NCBI GenBank assembly: GCA_965199855.1
Contig: OZ241326.1
Coordinates: forward strand, 1,952,001 to 2,016,000
Direction: 5' to 3'
DNA: 64,000 nucleotides
Origin: a bacterium
Lineage (GTDB): Bacteria; UBA8248
In this document: positions 39,439 through 48,634 of the stretch, piece by piece
Layout: each line of letters opens with the position of its first letter
Position numbering within the stretch: the stretch's first letter is position 1
Translations under genes and position numbers: made by a program
Notes under the pieces: generated by a model
What the model was told of the DNA's origin: nothing
The model's input: only the letters and a program-made list of their open reading frames with translations
Databases searched by the model: none

Positions 39439-39541
39439 AAAACAAAAGGATTGTGTGAAAAAGAGGCGCCGGGAGGGGGTATTTCGCAAGGCCGCGGCGT
39501 TTGCGCGCATCCGCCCGCACTTGCTCCGCCCCGGCGGGAGC

Positions 39542-39710
39542 GTAGGGACAACCCCCTGTGGTTGCCTTCGCCGCCTCCTCATCCCGCCGAGGCCCAAAAA
39601 TCCCGCAGGGGGCGTTCGGGAACGCCCCGCCGCTTACGATGCGAACCCTTCCCGAAAACGGGCGGTTCGCGAATCGTGGGGCGACCCCCGGGGAAGGGCC
39701 CCTCCCGCGA
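39542..39710. repeat. Degenerate REP-like mosaic array 8
   Basis: GTAGGGACAACCCCCTGTGGTTG, GCAGGGGGCGTTCGGGAACGCCCC, GGGCGGTTCGCGAA. Confidence 0.8.
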
Positions 39711-39753
39711 AGACGAAACGGCGCGGCGCGCTTCCCGGGGAGCGGGGCTGCGT

Positions 39754-40644
39754 CTATATGCTCACGCGCGCCATGCGCACCCGCACCTCCTCCCCGACGC
39801 CCGCGCCCAACGCGCCGGCGGCACTTCCCTCGGGGACGAAAATCTCCAGGCGCGTCCAGCTGTTGAACTGCGCGCCGAGCCCGCCCGCCTCCACCGCCTG
39901 GTAGCATTCGCTCACCCCGTTGATGACGCGGCCGCCGATTTCGATGACCGGCAGGCGGGCGGCGCCGTCCTCGGCGTCCTCGAAGCGCCAGAAGGCCGTC
40001 GTGTCGATGTTGGTGATCAGGTTCCCGTAGCGATCGACGTAGATGACCTCGCCGACGATGGCCTCCTCCGCCTCCTCGAACCGCGCGCGCGGGAAGTCGA
40101 GCCGCACCGGATCGGCGACGAGGGGCCCGAACTCCTCCGGCGGGGTTCCACCCGCGAGATGGGCGGCCGCCGGCGCGAAAACGTCCCTGCCGTGAAAGGT
40201 GGAGCTCACCTCGTCGAGGAAAAAGGCGTCCTCCCGAAGCTCGCGCGTCCAGGCGTAGAGCGGATCGTCCAGGGCGCAGGAGAGCAGGCCGTTGTCCGGC
40301 CCCACGAAATAGTAGTTTTGCGTCGCGGCGATGATCCCCCGGCGGCCGCTCCCCACGCCGGGGTCCACCACCGCCGCGTGAACCGTCCCGCGCGGAAAGT
40401 AATGCGCCGCCGCCCCCAGAATGAGCGACCCGCCCCGCACGTCGTAGGGCCGTATCGCGTGCGTGATGTCCACGACGCGGGCGGCGGGATTCGTCGCCAG
40501 GATGACGCCCTTCATCACCCCCGCGTAGTGCTCGTCCGGGCCGAAGTCCGTCAGGAGGGTGACGACGGGCGCCGCGCCGCTCTCCTCCCCGCAGCCGGAG
40601 GCGTCCTCGCGAAAGGGATTCGGGCGCGCCCGCCCGTCCGTCAT
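39754..40644 (-). CDS. SAM hydrolase / SAM-dependent halogenase family (DUF62)
   Basis: TLLTDFG, MKGVI, VVDPGVGS.R, GPDNG, TFHGRDVFAP, DRYGNLITNI. Confidence 0.93.
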   Translation of the reverse strand: MTDGRARPNPFREDASGCGEESGAAPVVTLLTDFGPDEHYAGVMKGVILATNPAARVVDITHAIRPYDVRGGSLILGAAAHYFPRGTVHAAVVDPGVGSGRRGIIAATQNYYFVGPDNGLLSCALDDPLYAWTRELREDAFFLDEVSSTFHGRDVFAPAAAHLAGGTPPEEFGPLVADPVRLDFPRARFEEAEEAIVGEVIYVDRYGNLITNIDTTAFWRFEDAEDGAARLPVIEIGGRVINGVSECYQAVEAGGLGAQFNSWTRLEIFVPEGSAAGALGAGVGEEVRVRMARVSI

Positions 40645-42053
40645 CGGGCCGGTTCTCCCCACAGGGCGTCGGAGCGCGCGGCCATGCGGCGGAAGCGCCT
40701 GCTTTCCGGCAGAGGGAGCAGGCGCATCTCCACCGTTCGGCCGATCCATTCGTCGGGGCCGGAGGCCAGCACGCGGACGTAGTTGTCCGTGAGGCCGGTG
40801 AGAAGGCCGTCCTCCCCTCGCCTGCCCTCGAAGAGCGCCTCCGCCGCCCTCCCCGTCTGGGAGGACGCGAACGCCGCCCATTTCCTTCGCCCCACTTCCT
40901 GAAGCGCGCGGACGCGGCGCTTCCGCTCTGCGGGGGGAATTTGTCCGGGCAGACGGACGGCCTCCGTTCCCTCGCGCGGCGAATAAGGGAATACGTGCAG
41001 ATAGGCCAGCGGAGATTCGCGCGCCCATTCCATGGTGCGCGCGAACGCATCGGCGCTCTCGCCCGGAAAGCCGGCGATGAAGTCGCCGCCGAGGCAGGCT
41101 CCCTCTATCTTCGCGGCGATCTCGGCGAAGCGGCGCGCGCACCGGTCGGCGGTGTAGTTTCGCCCCATCGCTCCGAGAACCTCATCGTCCCCGCTCTGCA
41201 CGGGGACGTGGAAATGGCGGCACACGCGGCCTCCGCCGTTCGACGCGCCGGGGCGGCAGGCGTTTTCCGCGCAAACGCGGATGAGCTCGCGCGTCACCTC
41301 GCCCGGCTCCACGGAGGAGAGCCTGAGCCGGAAGGCTCCCCGCATCTCCAGCAGACGCCGCACAAGGCGGCTCAGGGTGTCTCGCGGCTTCAAATCCCTG
41401 CCGTATGCGCCCAGATGCACCCCGGTGAGCACCAGCTCCTCGTGCCCGTTCGAGAGGAGGAGCCCGGCCTGCTCCGCGCATGAATCCGCGTCCAGGGAGC
41501 GACTCGCGCCCCGGGCGATGGTCGTCGCGCAAAAGGAGCAGGAGAAATCGCAGCCGTCCTGCACCTTGAGATACGCCCGCGTCCGGTCGCCGAACCGGGG
41601 CAGGAGGACGCCCTCGACGCCCGCGCTCTCCTTGATGGGAGAGACGCGGACCTCCGCGCCGCCGTTCCGCGCGGGCGGCTTCGCCAGCTCCTCGGGCAGG
41701 CGCAGCTTCTCGCCGTTTCCGAGCAGCAGGTCGGCCTCGGGAATCAGCATCTTCTCCGCGTTCGCCTGGGCGGAGCATCCCGCGATGACGACCCGGGCGC
41801 TCTCCCCGCCCGCGCGCCGCGCCCTGCGCGCCAGCCGCCTGCCCTCCTGGTCGGCCTCGGCCGTGACCGTGCAGCTGTTCACGACGTAGACGTCCGCCTC
41901 GCTCCCGAACGGGACGAGCTCGAACCCGGCCTGGGCGCACAGGTGCTTCATGGCCTCGCCCTCGGCGTGGTTCAGTTTGCAGCCCAGATTCGTCAGGGCG
42001 AGGCGCCGGCGCCTCGCCGGGCTGCTCCTCGCGCTCCCTGTTGCCGGGTTCAT
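40641..42053 (-). CDS. mtaB: tRNA t6A methylthiotransferase (radical SAM)
   Basis: LGCKLN, NSCTVT, KVQDGCDFSCSFC, HVFPYSPREGT, TDNY. Confidence 0.92.
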   Translation of the reverse strand: MNPATGSARSSPARRRRLALTNLGCKLNHAEGEAMKHLCAQAGFELVPFGSEADVYVVNSCTVTAEADQEGRRLARRARRAGGESARVVIAGCSAQANAEKMLIPEADLLLGNGEKLRLPEELAKPPARNGGAEVRVSPIKESAGVEGVLLPRFGDRTRAYLKVQDGCDFSCSFCATTIARGASRSLDADSCAEQAGLLLSNGHEELVLTGVHLGAYGRDLKPRDTLSRLVRRLLEMRGAFRLRLSSVEPGEVTRELIRVCAENACRPGASNGGGRVCRHFHVPVQSGDDEVLGAMGRNYTADRCARRFAEIAAKIEGACLGGDFIAGFPGESADAFARTMEWARESPLAYLHVFPYSPREGTEAVRLPGQIPPAERKRRVRALQEVGRRKWAAFASSQTGRAAEALFEGRRGEDGLLTGLTDNYVRVLASGPDEWIGRTVEMRLLPLPESRRFRRMAARSDALWGEPAR

Positions 42054-42324
42054 ACGCGCCGCCTCGGGAAAAACATCGGAAAGTTCACCGCTCCCGCGGC
42101 GAATCTTACGCCTTGCGGAAATCGTCCCGCAAGGGCATCCTCGCTTGACTTCGCAAACGGGCGGTTGCTAATGTAGGCTCGCTCGCGTCAGAGAGGAAAG
42201 CCGGGATTCGGCGGCGCGCCGCCTCGCGGCTTTCTTCTCCGCCGGGCATCACTCGGCGACGGCCGCATCGCCTGCGGCGGACGCCGGCGCATTCCACCGA
42301 AATGACTGGGGAGAGATTCCGTCT

Positions 42325-43191
42325 ATGCGTGGCTTCGATTTCGTGGCGCCGACGACGATATCGGCGACCCTCAAGGCGGCGAAGGGCAGGAGCACGAAGT
42401 TCATCGCCGGCGGCACCAACTTCATGCCCGATCTGAGGCACCAGCACGAGGGCCCGGCGAAGGTCGTCATCGACCTCATGCGGGTCTCCGCGCTGCGGGG
42501 CATTTCCTCATCCAAAGACGTCGTGAAGCTGGGCGCCCTCACGACGATGACGGACTTGCTGACCGACCGCGCCATCCTCCGGGAGGCGCCCGTTCTCGCG
42601 GCGATGTCGGAAAAATTCGCGGGGCCGATCATCCGCAACCGCGCCACGGTGGCCGGCAACCTCGTCGACGGCGGCCCGGCGGCCGACGCCGTCCCTCCCC
42701 TGCTCGCGCTCAAGGCGAAAGTGCGGCTCGCCAGCGAAAAGGGAAGAAGGACGATTCCCCTCGACAAATTCCTCACCGGATACCGCCGGACGGCCATCAG
42801 GGCGAACGAGCTGATAACCGACGTGACCTTCCCCGCGCCGGGCAGAGGCCACAAATGGGGCTACTACAAGCTCGCGCGCCGAAACGCCATGGCCATCACC
42901 GTGGTCGGCGTCGCCGTCGTCCTGAAAGTGAAGCGCAAAAGAGTCGAGGAGGCGGGCATTTCCCTGGGCTCCGTGACGCCCGCCCCGATTCGCTGCTACG
43001 AGGCCGAGCGCATCCTGGAGGGCAGCGTGGTGGATCTCGAGCTGGCGCAGAAGGCGGCGGAGGCGTGCGCCGCCGTGGCGTCGCCGATTGACGACATTCG
43101 CGCCTCGGCCGAATACCGCAAGCTGATGTGCGAGGTGCTGCCGCGCCGCCTCATCTGCCAGGCGCTGGACATTCCGCAGAACAGCGACTAA
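42325..43191 (+). CDS. Molybdenum hydroxylase FAD-binding subunit (CoxM/CutM-like)
   Basis: AGGTN, IRNRATVAGN, PIDDIRASAEYR. Confidence 0.9.
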   Translation: MRGFDFVAPTTISATLKAAKGRSTKFIAGGTNFMPDLRHQHEGPAKVVIDLMRVSALRGISSSKDVVKLGALTTMTDLLTDRAILREAPVLAAMSEKFAGPIIRNRATVAGNLVDGGPAADAVPPLLALKAKVRLASEKGRRTIPLDKFLTGYRRTAIRANELITDVTFPAPGRGHKWGYYKLARRNAMAITVVGVAVVLKVKRKRVEEAGISLGSVTPAPIRCYEAERILEGSVVDLELAQKAAEACAAVASPIDDIRASAEYRKLMCEVLPRRLICQALDIPQNSD

Positions 43192-43236
43192 CGGACTTCA
43201 TCGTCTTTCGGGAACCCATTGGGAGAGCCTCTCAAG

Positions 43237-43800
43237 ATGGCCACAGCGACCAAAGCGAAGCGAACCGCGAGGAAAAAGAAGTCGGGCGCGCCCCTCTACG
43301 TCCCGCCCAAAAAGACGCCCATTTCGTTTTCGGTGAACGGACAGGAAGTGCGCGCCGAAGCGCCGGCGCACACCAGCCTGCTCTACCTGCTGCGCGACCT
43401 CGGCTTCACGGAGGTGAAAAACGGCTGCGAGGCGGGCGACTGCGGCGCCTGCACGATTCTTCTGGACGGCCTGGCGATGAACGCCTGCTGCGCCCTCGGC
43501 GTGCAGGCGGAAGGCCGGGAGATCACGACCGTCAAGGGCATCGGAACGGTGGACAATCTCCACCCCATACAGCGGAAATTCATCGAGCACGGCGCGATTC
43601 AGTGCGGCTTCTGCACGCCGGGGATGATCGTCGCCGCCAAGGAGCTGCTCGACAACACGCCGAACCCCAGCCGGGAGGAAATCAAGGTCGGCATCGCGGG
43701 CAACCTGTGCCGCTGCACGGGCTACGTGAAGATCATCGACGCCATCGAGGCCGCCGCCGAGGAGCTTTCCTCGAAGAAAGGAAAAAGGAAATCATCGTGA
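43237..43800 (+). CDS. Molybdenum hydroxylase 2Fe-2S subunit (CoxS/CutS-like)
   Basis: [27 protein letters not shown]. Confidence 0.93.
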   Translation: MATATKAKRTARKKKSGAPLYVPPKKTPISFSVNGQEVRAEAPAHTSLLYLLRDLGFTEVKNGCEAGDCGACTILLDGLAMNACCALGVQAEGREITTVKGIGTVDNLHPIQRKFIEHGAIQCGFCTPGMIVAAKELLDNTPNPSREEIKVGIAGNLCRCTGYVKIIDAIEAAAEELSSKKGKRKSS

Positions 43801-44744
43801 GCGCCTCATCGAACGCGGCCAGAAAGCAAAAAGCCTCCCCCTCCTCCGGCTTCGGGAGCGTCGAGGAGGTGCAGGAGGCGTTCCGAAAGCTCGACTACAT
43901 CTCCGACCGAACGCTGGCGACGACCCTCTTCCTCGCCACGAAGCTGGAAAAGCCCCTCTTCCTGGAGGGAGAAGCCGGCGTAGGCAAGACGGAGCTCGCC
44001 AAGGTGCTCGCCAACTCGATGGACACCGAGCTCATTCGCCTGCAATGCTACGAGGGTCTCGACGCCAACTCGGCCCTCTACGAGTGGAACTACGCGAAGC
44101 AGCTCCTCCACATCAAGATGGAGGAATCCAGGGATTCGGACGCCGAGACCATCGAAAAGGACATTTTCAGCGAGCAATACCTGATCGAGCGGCCGCTTCT
44201 TCGCGCGCTTCTGCGCTCGAAGGAAAAGCCGGTGGTTCTGCTCATCGACGAAATCGACCGATCGGACGAGGAATTCGAGGCATTTCTGCTCGAAATCCTC
44301 TCCGACTACCAGATCACGATTCCCGAGATGGGCACCGTCAAGGCGGCGAGCAAGCCCCTGGTGGTGCTGACCAGCAACCGGACGCGCGAGATTCACGACG
44401 CCCTCAAGCGCCGCTGTCTCTATCTGTGGGTCGATTACCCCTCCTTCGAGAAGGAGGTGGAGATCATCACGACGAAGGTGCCCGGCGTCTCCGAGCGTCT
44501 GGCCGAGCAGATATCCCGGTTCATGACCCAGGCGCGGCAGATGGACTTCTACAAGCGCCCGGGCGTGGCCGAATCCCTCGACTGGGCGCAGGCCCTCCTC
44601 GCCCTGCACCGCAGCGATCTCGACGTCGACGCCGTGCGGGAGACGGTCGGCTGCATCCTGAAATACCAGGACGACATCAAGCGCGTGGAGGCGGACGGAC
44701 TCGACGGCATGGTGGCCACGGCGCAGCTTTCGCCCGACGCCTGA
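43797..44744 (+). CDS. coxD: MoxR-family AAA+ ATPase (CoxD-like)
   Basis: LEGEAGVGKTE, RLQCYEGLD, LLIDEIDR, TSNRTRE; GTG overlaps the upstream stop. Confidence 0.88.
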   Translation: MSASSNAARKQKASPSSGFGSVEEVQEAFRKLDYISDRTLATTLFLATKLEKPLFLEGEAGVGKTELAKVLANSMDTELIRLQCYEGLDANSALYEWNYAKQLLHIKMEESRDSDAETIEKDIFSEQYLIERPLLRALLRSKEKPVVLLIDEIDRSDEEFEAFLLEILSDYQITIPEMGTVKAASKPLVVLTSNRTREIHDALKRRCLYLWVDYPSFEKEVEIITTKVPGVSERLAEQISRFMTQARQMDFYKRPGVAESLDWAQALLALHRSDLDVDAVRETVGCILKYQDDIKRVEADGLDGMVATAQLSPDA

Positions 44745-44756
44745 TTCGGGAAATCC

Positions 44757-46022
44757 ATGGCGTCCGCCCCCCGTCCCATCGTCAACGGAACCCTGCCCAG
44801 GCGCCGGATTCGCATCAAGGGACAGGGCCTTAAAGGCGAGATGACCGGCTTCTGCCGGGTGCTCAGGCGCGCGGGCCTCAAGATAACCTCCGGCCGCATC
44901 ATCGACGTGTTCCGCTGCTTCGACTCTCTCGACGTCACCAGCCTCGACAACATCTACATCGCCAGCAAGTCCAACCTCATCTCCTCCCAGGACGAGAGCG
45001 CGATATTCGACGCCGTATTCCGGCAATACTGGTTCGACGAGGAGGGAAACCCCTACTCGGGCGACGAGTCGGTGCAGGTCGATACGCAGTTCGAGGAGGA
45101 AGGAGAAGGACAGGCCGGCGAGGGAGGCGGCACCTCCGAGGAGGGAGAATCCGACGCCGACGGCGAGGGACAGGAGAACCCGGGGCTTCCCTCCGACGAT
45201 GACGTAGAAAGCGCCGCCGAGCCCGGCGAGCAGGGAGACGACGACGAGGGCGCGCCCTCCTACAGCCCCGCCGAGGTCATCTCCGACAAGGATTTCTCCT
45301 CGCTGAACATGGATCAGGTCGCCGACCTGAGACGCCTCATCGCCAAGCTCGTCCCCAAGCTCGCCACCAAGATCAGCCGCCGCAAGCGGCCGGACATGCG
45401 CTCCCCGGAAATCGACATGAGGCGAAGCGTGAAGAGGAGCGTCCGCTCGGGCGGCGAGGTACTGAAGCTCATCCGCAGAAGAAGAAAGATACAAAAAACC
45501 CAGATCGTGCTCATCTGCGACGTATCGGGGTCGATGGACAGCTACAGCCAGTTTCTGATTCAGTTTCTCTACAGCCTCCAGAACGAGATCAAGTCGCTGC
45601 GCACCTTCGTCTTCAGCACGCGGCTTTCGGACGCCACGCCGTATCTGCGCCACAAGGACGTCAACGTCGCCCTCAAGCGCCTCTCCATGGAGGTGCACGA
45701 CTGGAGCGGCGGCACCCAGATCGGCAACTGCCTCAAGACCTTCAACTACGAATACGGCCGAACCATCCTGAACAGCCGCACCATCGTCATCATCATCTCG
45801 GACGGCTGGGACAGGGGCGACACGGACACGCTGGCGGAGGAAATGGACCGCCTCAAGAAAATCTGCCACAAGCTCTTCTGGCTCAATCCCCTTCTGGGCA
45901 GCCCCGGATACCGCCCGATCGACCGGGGGATGAGAACCGCCCTGCCCTACTGCGACGAATTCCTGGCCGCGCACAACCTCGACAGCCTCGTCGATATGAC
46001 GAACAGGATCGCGCGCATATAA
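44757..46022 (+). CDS. coxE: VWA domain protein (CoxE-like)
   Basis: DVSGSM MIDAS motif, WSGGTQIG, ISDGWD, WLNPL. Confidence 0.88.
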   Translation: MASAPRPIVNGTLPRRRIRIKGQGLKGEMTGFCRVLRRAGLKITSGRIIDVFRCFDSLDVTSLDNIYIASKSNLISSQDESAIFDAVFRQYWFDEEGNPYSGDESVQVDTQFEEEGEGQAGEGGGTSEEGESDADGEGQENPGLPSDDDVESAAEPGEQGDDDEGAPSYSPAEVISDKDFSSLNMDQVADLRRLIAKLVPKLATKISRRKRPDMRSPEIDMRRSVKRSVRSGGEVLKLIRRRRKIQKTQIVLICDVSGSMDSYSQFLIQFLYSLQNEIKSLRTFVFSTRLSDATPYLRHKDVNVALKRLSMEVHDWSGGTQIGNCLKTFNYEYGRTILNSRTIVIIISDGWDRGDTDTLAEEMDRLKKICHKLFWLNPLLGSPGYRPIDRGMRTALPYCDEFLAAHNLDSLVDMTNRIARI

Positions 46023-46101
46023 AAAACCGTCTCCTTGCGTCAGCCCCGTCTGGCTGTATAAATCGCTTTCTGCGGCTCCTTTTTCCGTTTCGGGAACGAA
46101 A

Positions 46102-46761
46102 ATGGCGAACCTGCTGATCTACACGGCGGACGAGGGATTCGCGGACGCGCTGGGGCGCGCGCTGAGGCGCGAGGGGCATTTCTGCAAGATGGTGCAGGAC
46201 GAGACGACGGCGCTGCAGGAAGTCCGCGCCAGGGGACTCGCGCTCATCCTGCTCGACGACGCCCCCGCCCTCCCCACGGTGGGAGAGATGCGGAACTGGA
46301 CCACCCTGCCCCTCCTCCTCCTCCTGGAGCCCGACCGCCTTCCGGCCGTTCGCGCGCCCATCGAGGCGGACGACATTCTGGTGAAGCCCGTCCGGGAGGA
46401 GGAACTCCTGTGCCGCGTCCGCAATCTCTGCCATCGCGCGGCGGCAAGCTCCGAAGGCGCGCGCGCGGTGAAGAACAGGGGGTTGACGCTCGATGAAGGC
46501 CGGTATGAAATCAGACTCGATGGGGAGCTCATCGACTTGACCTACCGCGAATTCGAGCTCCTCAAGCACCTGATCAACAACCCCGGGCGCGTATTCGACA
46601 GGGATCAGCTCCTGAACCTCGTCTGGGGCGTCGATTATCTCGGAGGTCCCCGCACGGTGGACGTTCACGTCCGGCGCATCCGCTCGAAAATCGAGATCAG
46701 GGGCTATTCGTTCATCTCCACGGTGCGGGGGGTGGGCTACAAATTCATCGGCGAATCCTGA
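46102..46761 (+). CDS. Orphan OmpR-family response regulator, GlnR-like
   Basis: Degenerate receiver domain; winged helix DLTYREFELL..PGRVF.R.QLL..VWG.DY.GG.RTVDVHVRR; directly upstream of glnA. Confidence 0.85.
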   Translation: MANLLIYTADEGFADALGRALRREGHFCKMVQDETTALQEVRARGLALILLDDAPALPTVGEMRNWTTLPLLLLLEPDRLPAVRAPIEADDILVKPVREEELLCRVRNLCHRAAASSEGARAVKNRGLTLDEGRYEIRLDGELIDLTYREFELLKHLINNPGRVFDRDQLLNLVWGVDYLGGPRTVDVHVRRIRSKIEIRGYSFISTVRGVGYKFIGES

Positions 46762-46892
46762 CGCCCCCGAGTCGCCCGCTCCCCCCCCCGTTCGGCGGCG
46801 CGCGGAAAGTCCCCGCGCGAAACGAGAAGGAAACATTCGCCCCGTATGTTCAGCTGATTCGACGGGAAGCCCCGAGTCATCTGGAGTCCATC

Positions 46893-48239
46893 ATGCCCGA
46901 GGCGTTCGACGACAAGGACCGGGAATTCGTGCTCAACCAGGCGCGCGAGCTCGGCGTGCGCTTCATCCGCATGTGGTTCACCGACATCCTGGGCTTTTTG
47001 AAGAGCTTCGCCATCACCATCGAGGAGCTCGAAAACGCGCTTTACGAGGCGCATCTCTTCGACGGCGCGGCCATCGAGGGCTTCGCGCGCGTCGAGGAGA
47101 GCGACATGTTCGCCCACCCCGACCCCTCGACCTTCTGCGTGCTGCCCTGGCGTCCGCAGGACGGGGGCGCCGTGGCGAGAATGTTCTGCGACATCAAGGA
47201 CCCCGACGGCCGCCCGTATGAAAGCGACCCGCGCTTCATTCTCAGGCGCGCCCTGGAGAACGCGGCGCAAAAAGGCTTCACCTTCTACGCGGGCGTGGAA
47301 TACGAGCATTACTACTTCAAATCCCCCGAGCCTCCGATTGAAACGCTCGACCAGGGAGGATACTTCGACCTCACGCCCCTGGACATCGCGAGCGACTTGC
47401 GGCGAGAGACGGTTCTGAACCTCGAGAAGATGGGAATCGGGGTGGAATACAGCCACCACGAGGCCGGCCCCAGCCAGCACGAAATCGACCTGCGCTACGG
47501 CGACGCGCTCGCGATGGCGGACAACGCGATGACATACCGCCTCGTCGTCAAGGAGGTCGCCATGCGGCACGGCGTCTATGCCACCTTCATGCCGAAGCCG
47601 ATATCCGAGGCGAACGGAAACGGGATGCACACCCACCTTTCCCTGTTCCAGGGGTCGAAGAACGCCTTTTACGACCCGCGAAAGCCGGACGGCCTCTCGA
47701 AGGCCTGCCAGTCCTTCATCGCCGGCCTTTTGAAATACGCCCCGGAGATGACGCTCGTCCTCAACCAGTGGGTGAACAGCTACAAGCGCCTCGCCCCCGG
47801 CTTCGAGGCGCCCGTCTACGTCACCTGGGCGCACAAGAGCCGCAGCGACCTGATACGCATCCCCAGCACGCGCGAGGGCGGGGAATCCGACACGCGGGTC
47901 GAGCTGCGCTCCCCGGACGCGGCGTGCAACCCTTATCTCGCCTTCGCCTGCATGTTGGCGGCCGGGCTGGCCGGAATCGAGGAGGAGCTGCCCCCGGTTC
48001 CTCCCGTAGAGGAGAACGTGTTCGAGATGAGCGGGAAAAAGCGCCGGGAGCGCGGCATCCGGAGCCTGCCGGGCAGCCTCTACGAGGCCACGAGGCTGGC
48101 CGAGGAGAGCGATTTTCTCAAAAACGTCTTCGGCGCCCAGCTTTTCGACAAGTTCATCGAGAACAAGAAGCTCGAATGGGAGCCCTACCGGGCGCACGTC
48201 TCGGACTTCGAGCTGAAGAAGTATCTCTCCATTCTGTGA
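46893..48239 (+). CDS. glnA: Glutamine synthetase type I-alpha / GlnA2-like
   Basis: WFTDILG.LKS, HHEAGPSQHEI, ATFMPKP, GMHTH, NSYKRL.PG.EAP, RVELRSPD..CNPYL. Confidence 0.9.
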   Translation: MPEAFDDKDREFVLNQARELGVRFIRMWFTDILGFLKSFAITIEELENALYEAHLFDGAAIEGFARVEESDMFAHPDPSTFCVLPWRPQDGGAVARMFCDIKDPDGRPYESDPRFILRRALENAAQKGFTFYAGVEYEHYYFKSPEPPIETLDQGGYFDLTPLDIASDLRRETVLNLEKMGIGVEYSHHEAGPSQHEIDLRYGDALAMADNAMTYRLVVKEVAMRHGVYATFMPKPISEANGNGMHTHLSLFQGSKNAFYDPRKPDGLSKACQSFIAGLLKYAPEMTLVLNQWVNSYKRLAPGFEAPVYVTWAHKSRSDLIRIPSTREGGESDTRVELRSPDAACNPYLAFACMLAAGLAGIEEELPPVPPVEENVFEMSGKKRRERGIRSLPGSLYEATRLAEESDFLKNVFGAQLFDKFIENKKLEWEPYRAHVSDFELKKYLSIL

Positions 48240-48294
48240 ACCCGCCCCGCCTCGGGGCGAACCTCCCGGGAGCGCGTCAGGCGAAGCCCGCGCG

Positions 48295-48624
48295 TCAGTC
48301 GGCGCAGTTCTCCGCCAGCCATTCGAGATAGGACGCGCGGCCCTTCTCCAGGGATACGGCCAGCACCTCGGGCACATCGTAGCTGTGAATTTCCGCCGCG
48401 TGGTCGGAGAGCGCCTGGAGCCTGGCCTTCGTGGTCTTGGCGATGAGCAGGACTTCCGCGTCATCCTGCACCGCACCCTCCCAGCGATAGATGCTACGAA
48501 CCTTCGGAATCAGATTCACGCAGGCGCACAGCCCCCGTCCGACCAGGGATTTCGCAATCCGCACGCCCTCCTCCTCGGAGCCCGCCGTCATCAGCACGAT
48601 GCGGAATTCGCCGCCGTCTTTCAC
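48295..48624 (-). CDS. cutA: Divalent-cation tolerance protein CutA
   Basis: LCACVN, SIYRWEG, HSYDVPE, YLEWL. Confidence 0.92.
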   Translation of the reverse strand: MKDGGEFRIVLMTAGSEEEGVRIAKSLVGRGLCACVNLIPKVRSIYRWEGAVQDDAEVLLIAKTTKARLQALSDHAAEIHSYDVPEVLAVSLEKGRASYLEWLAENCAD

Positions 48625-48634
48625 GATTTTCTCC

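Noticed and set aside
39754-40644. Fluorinase/chlorinase activity
   Set aside because: The HGRD motif and the housekeeping context next to mtaB fit the widespread DUF62 SAM hydrolases better
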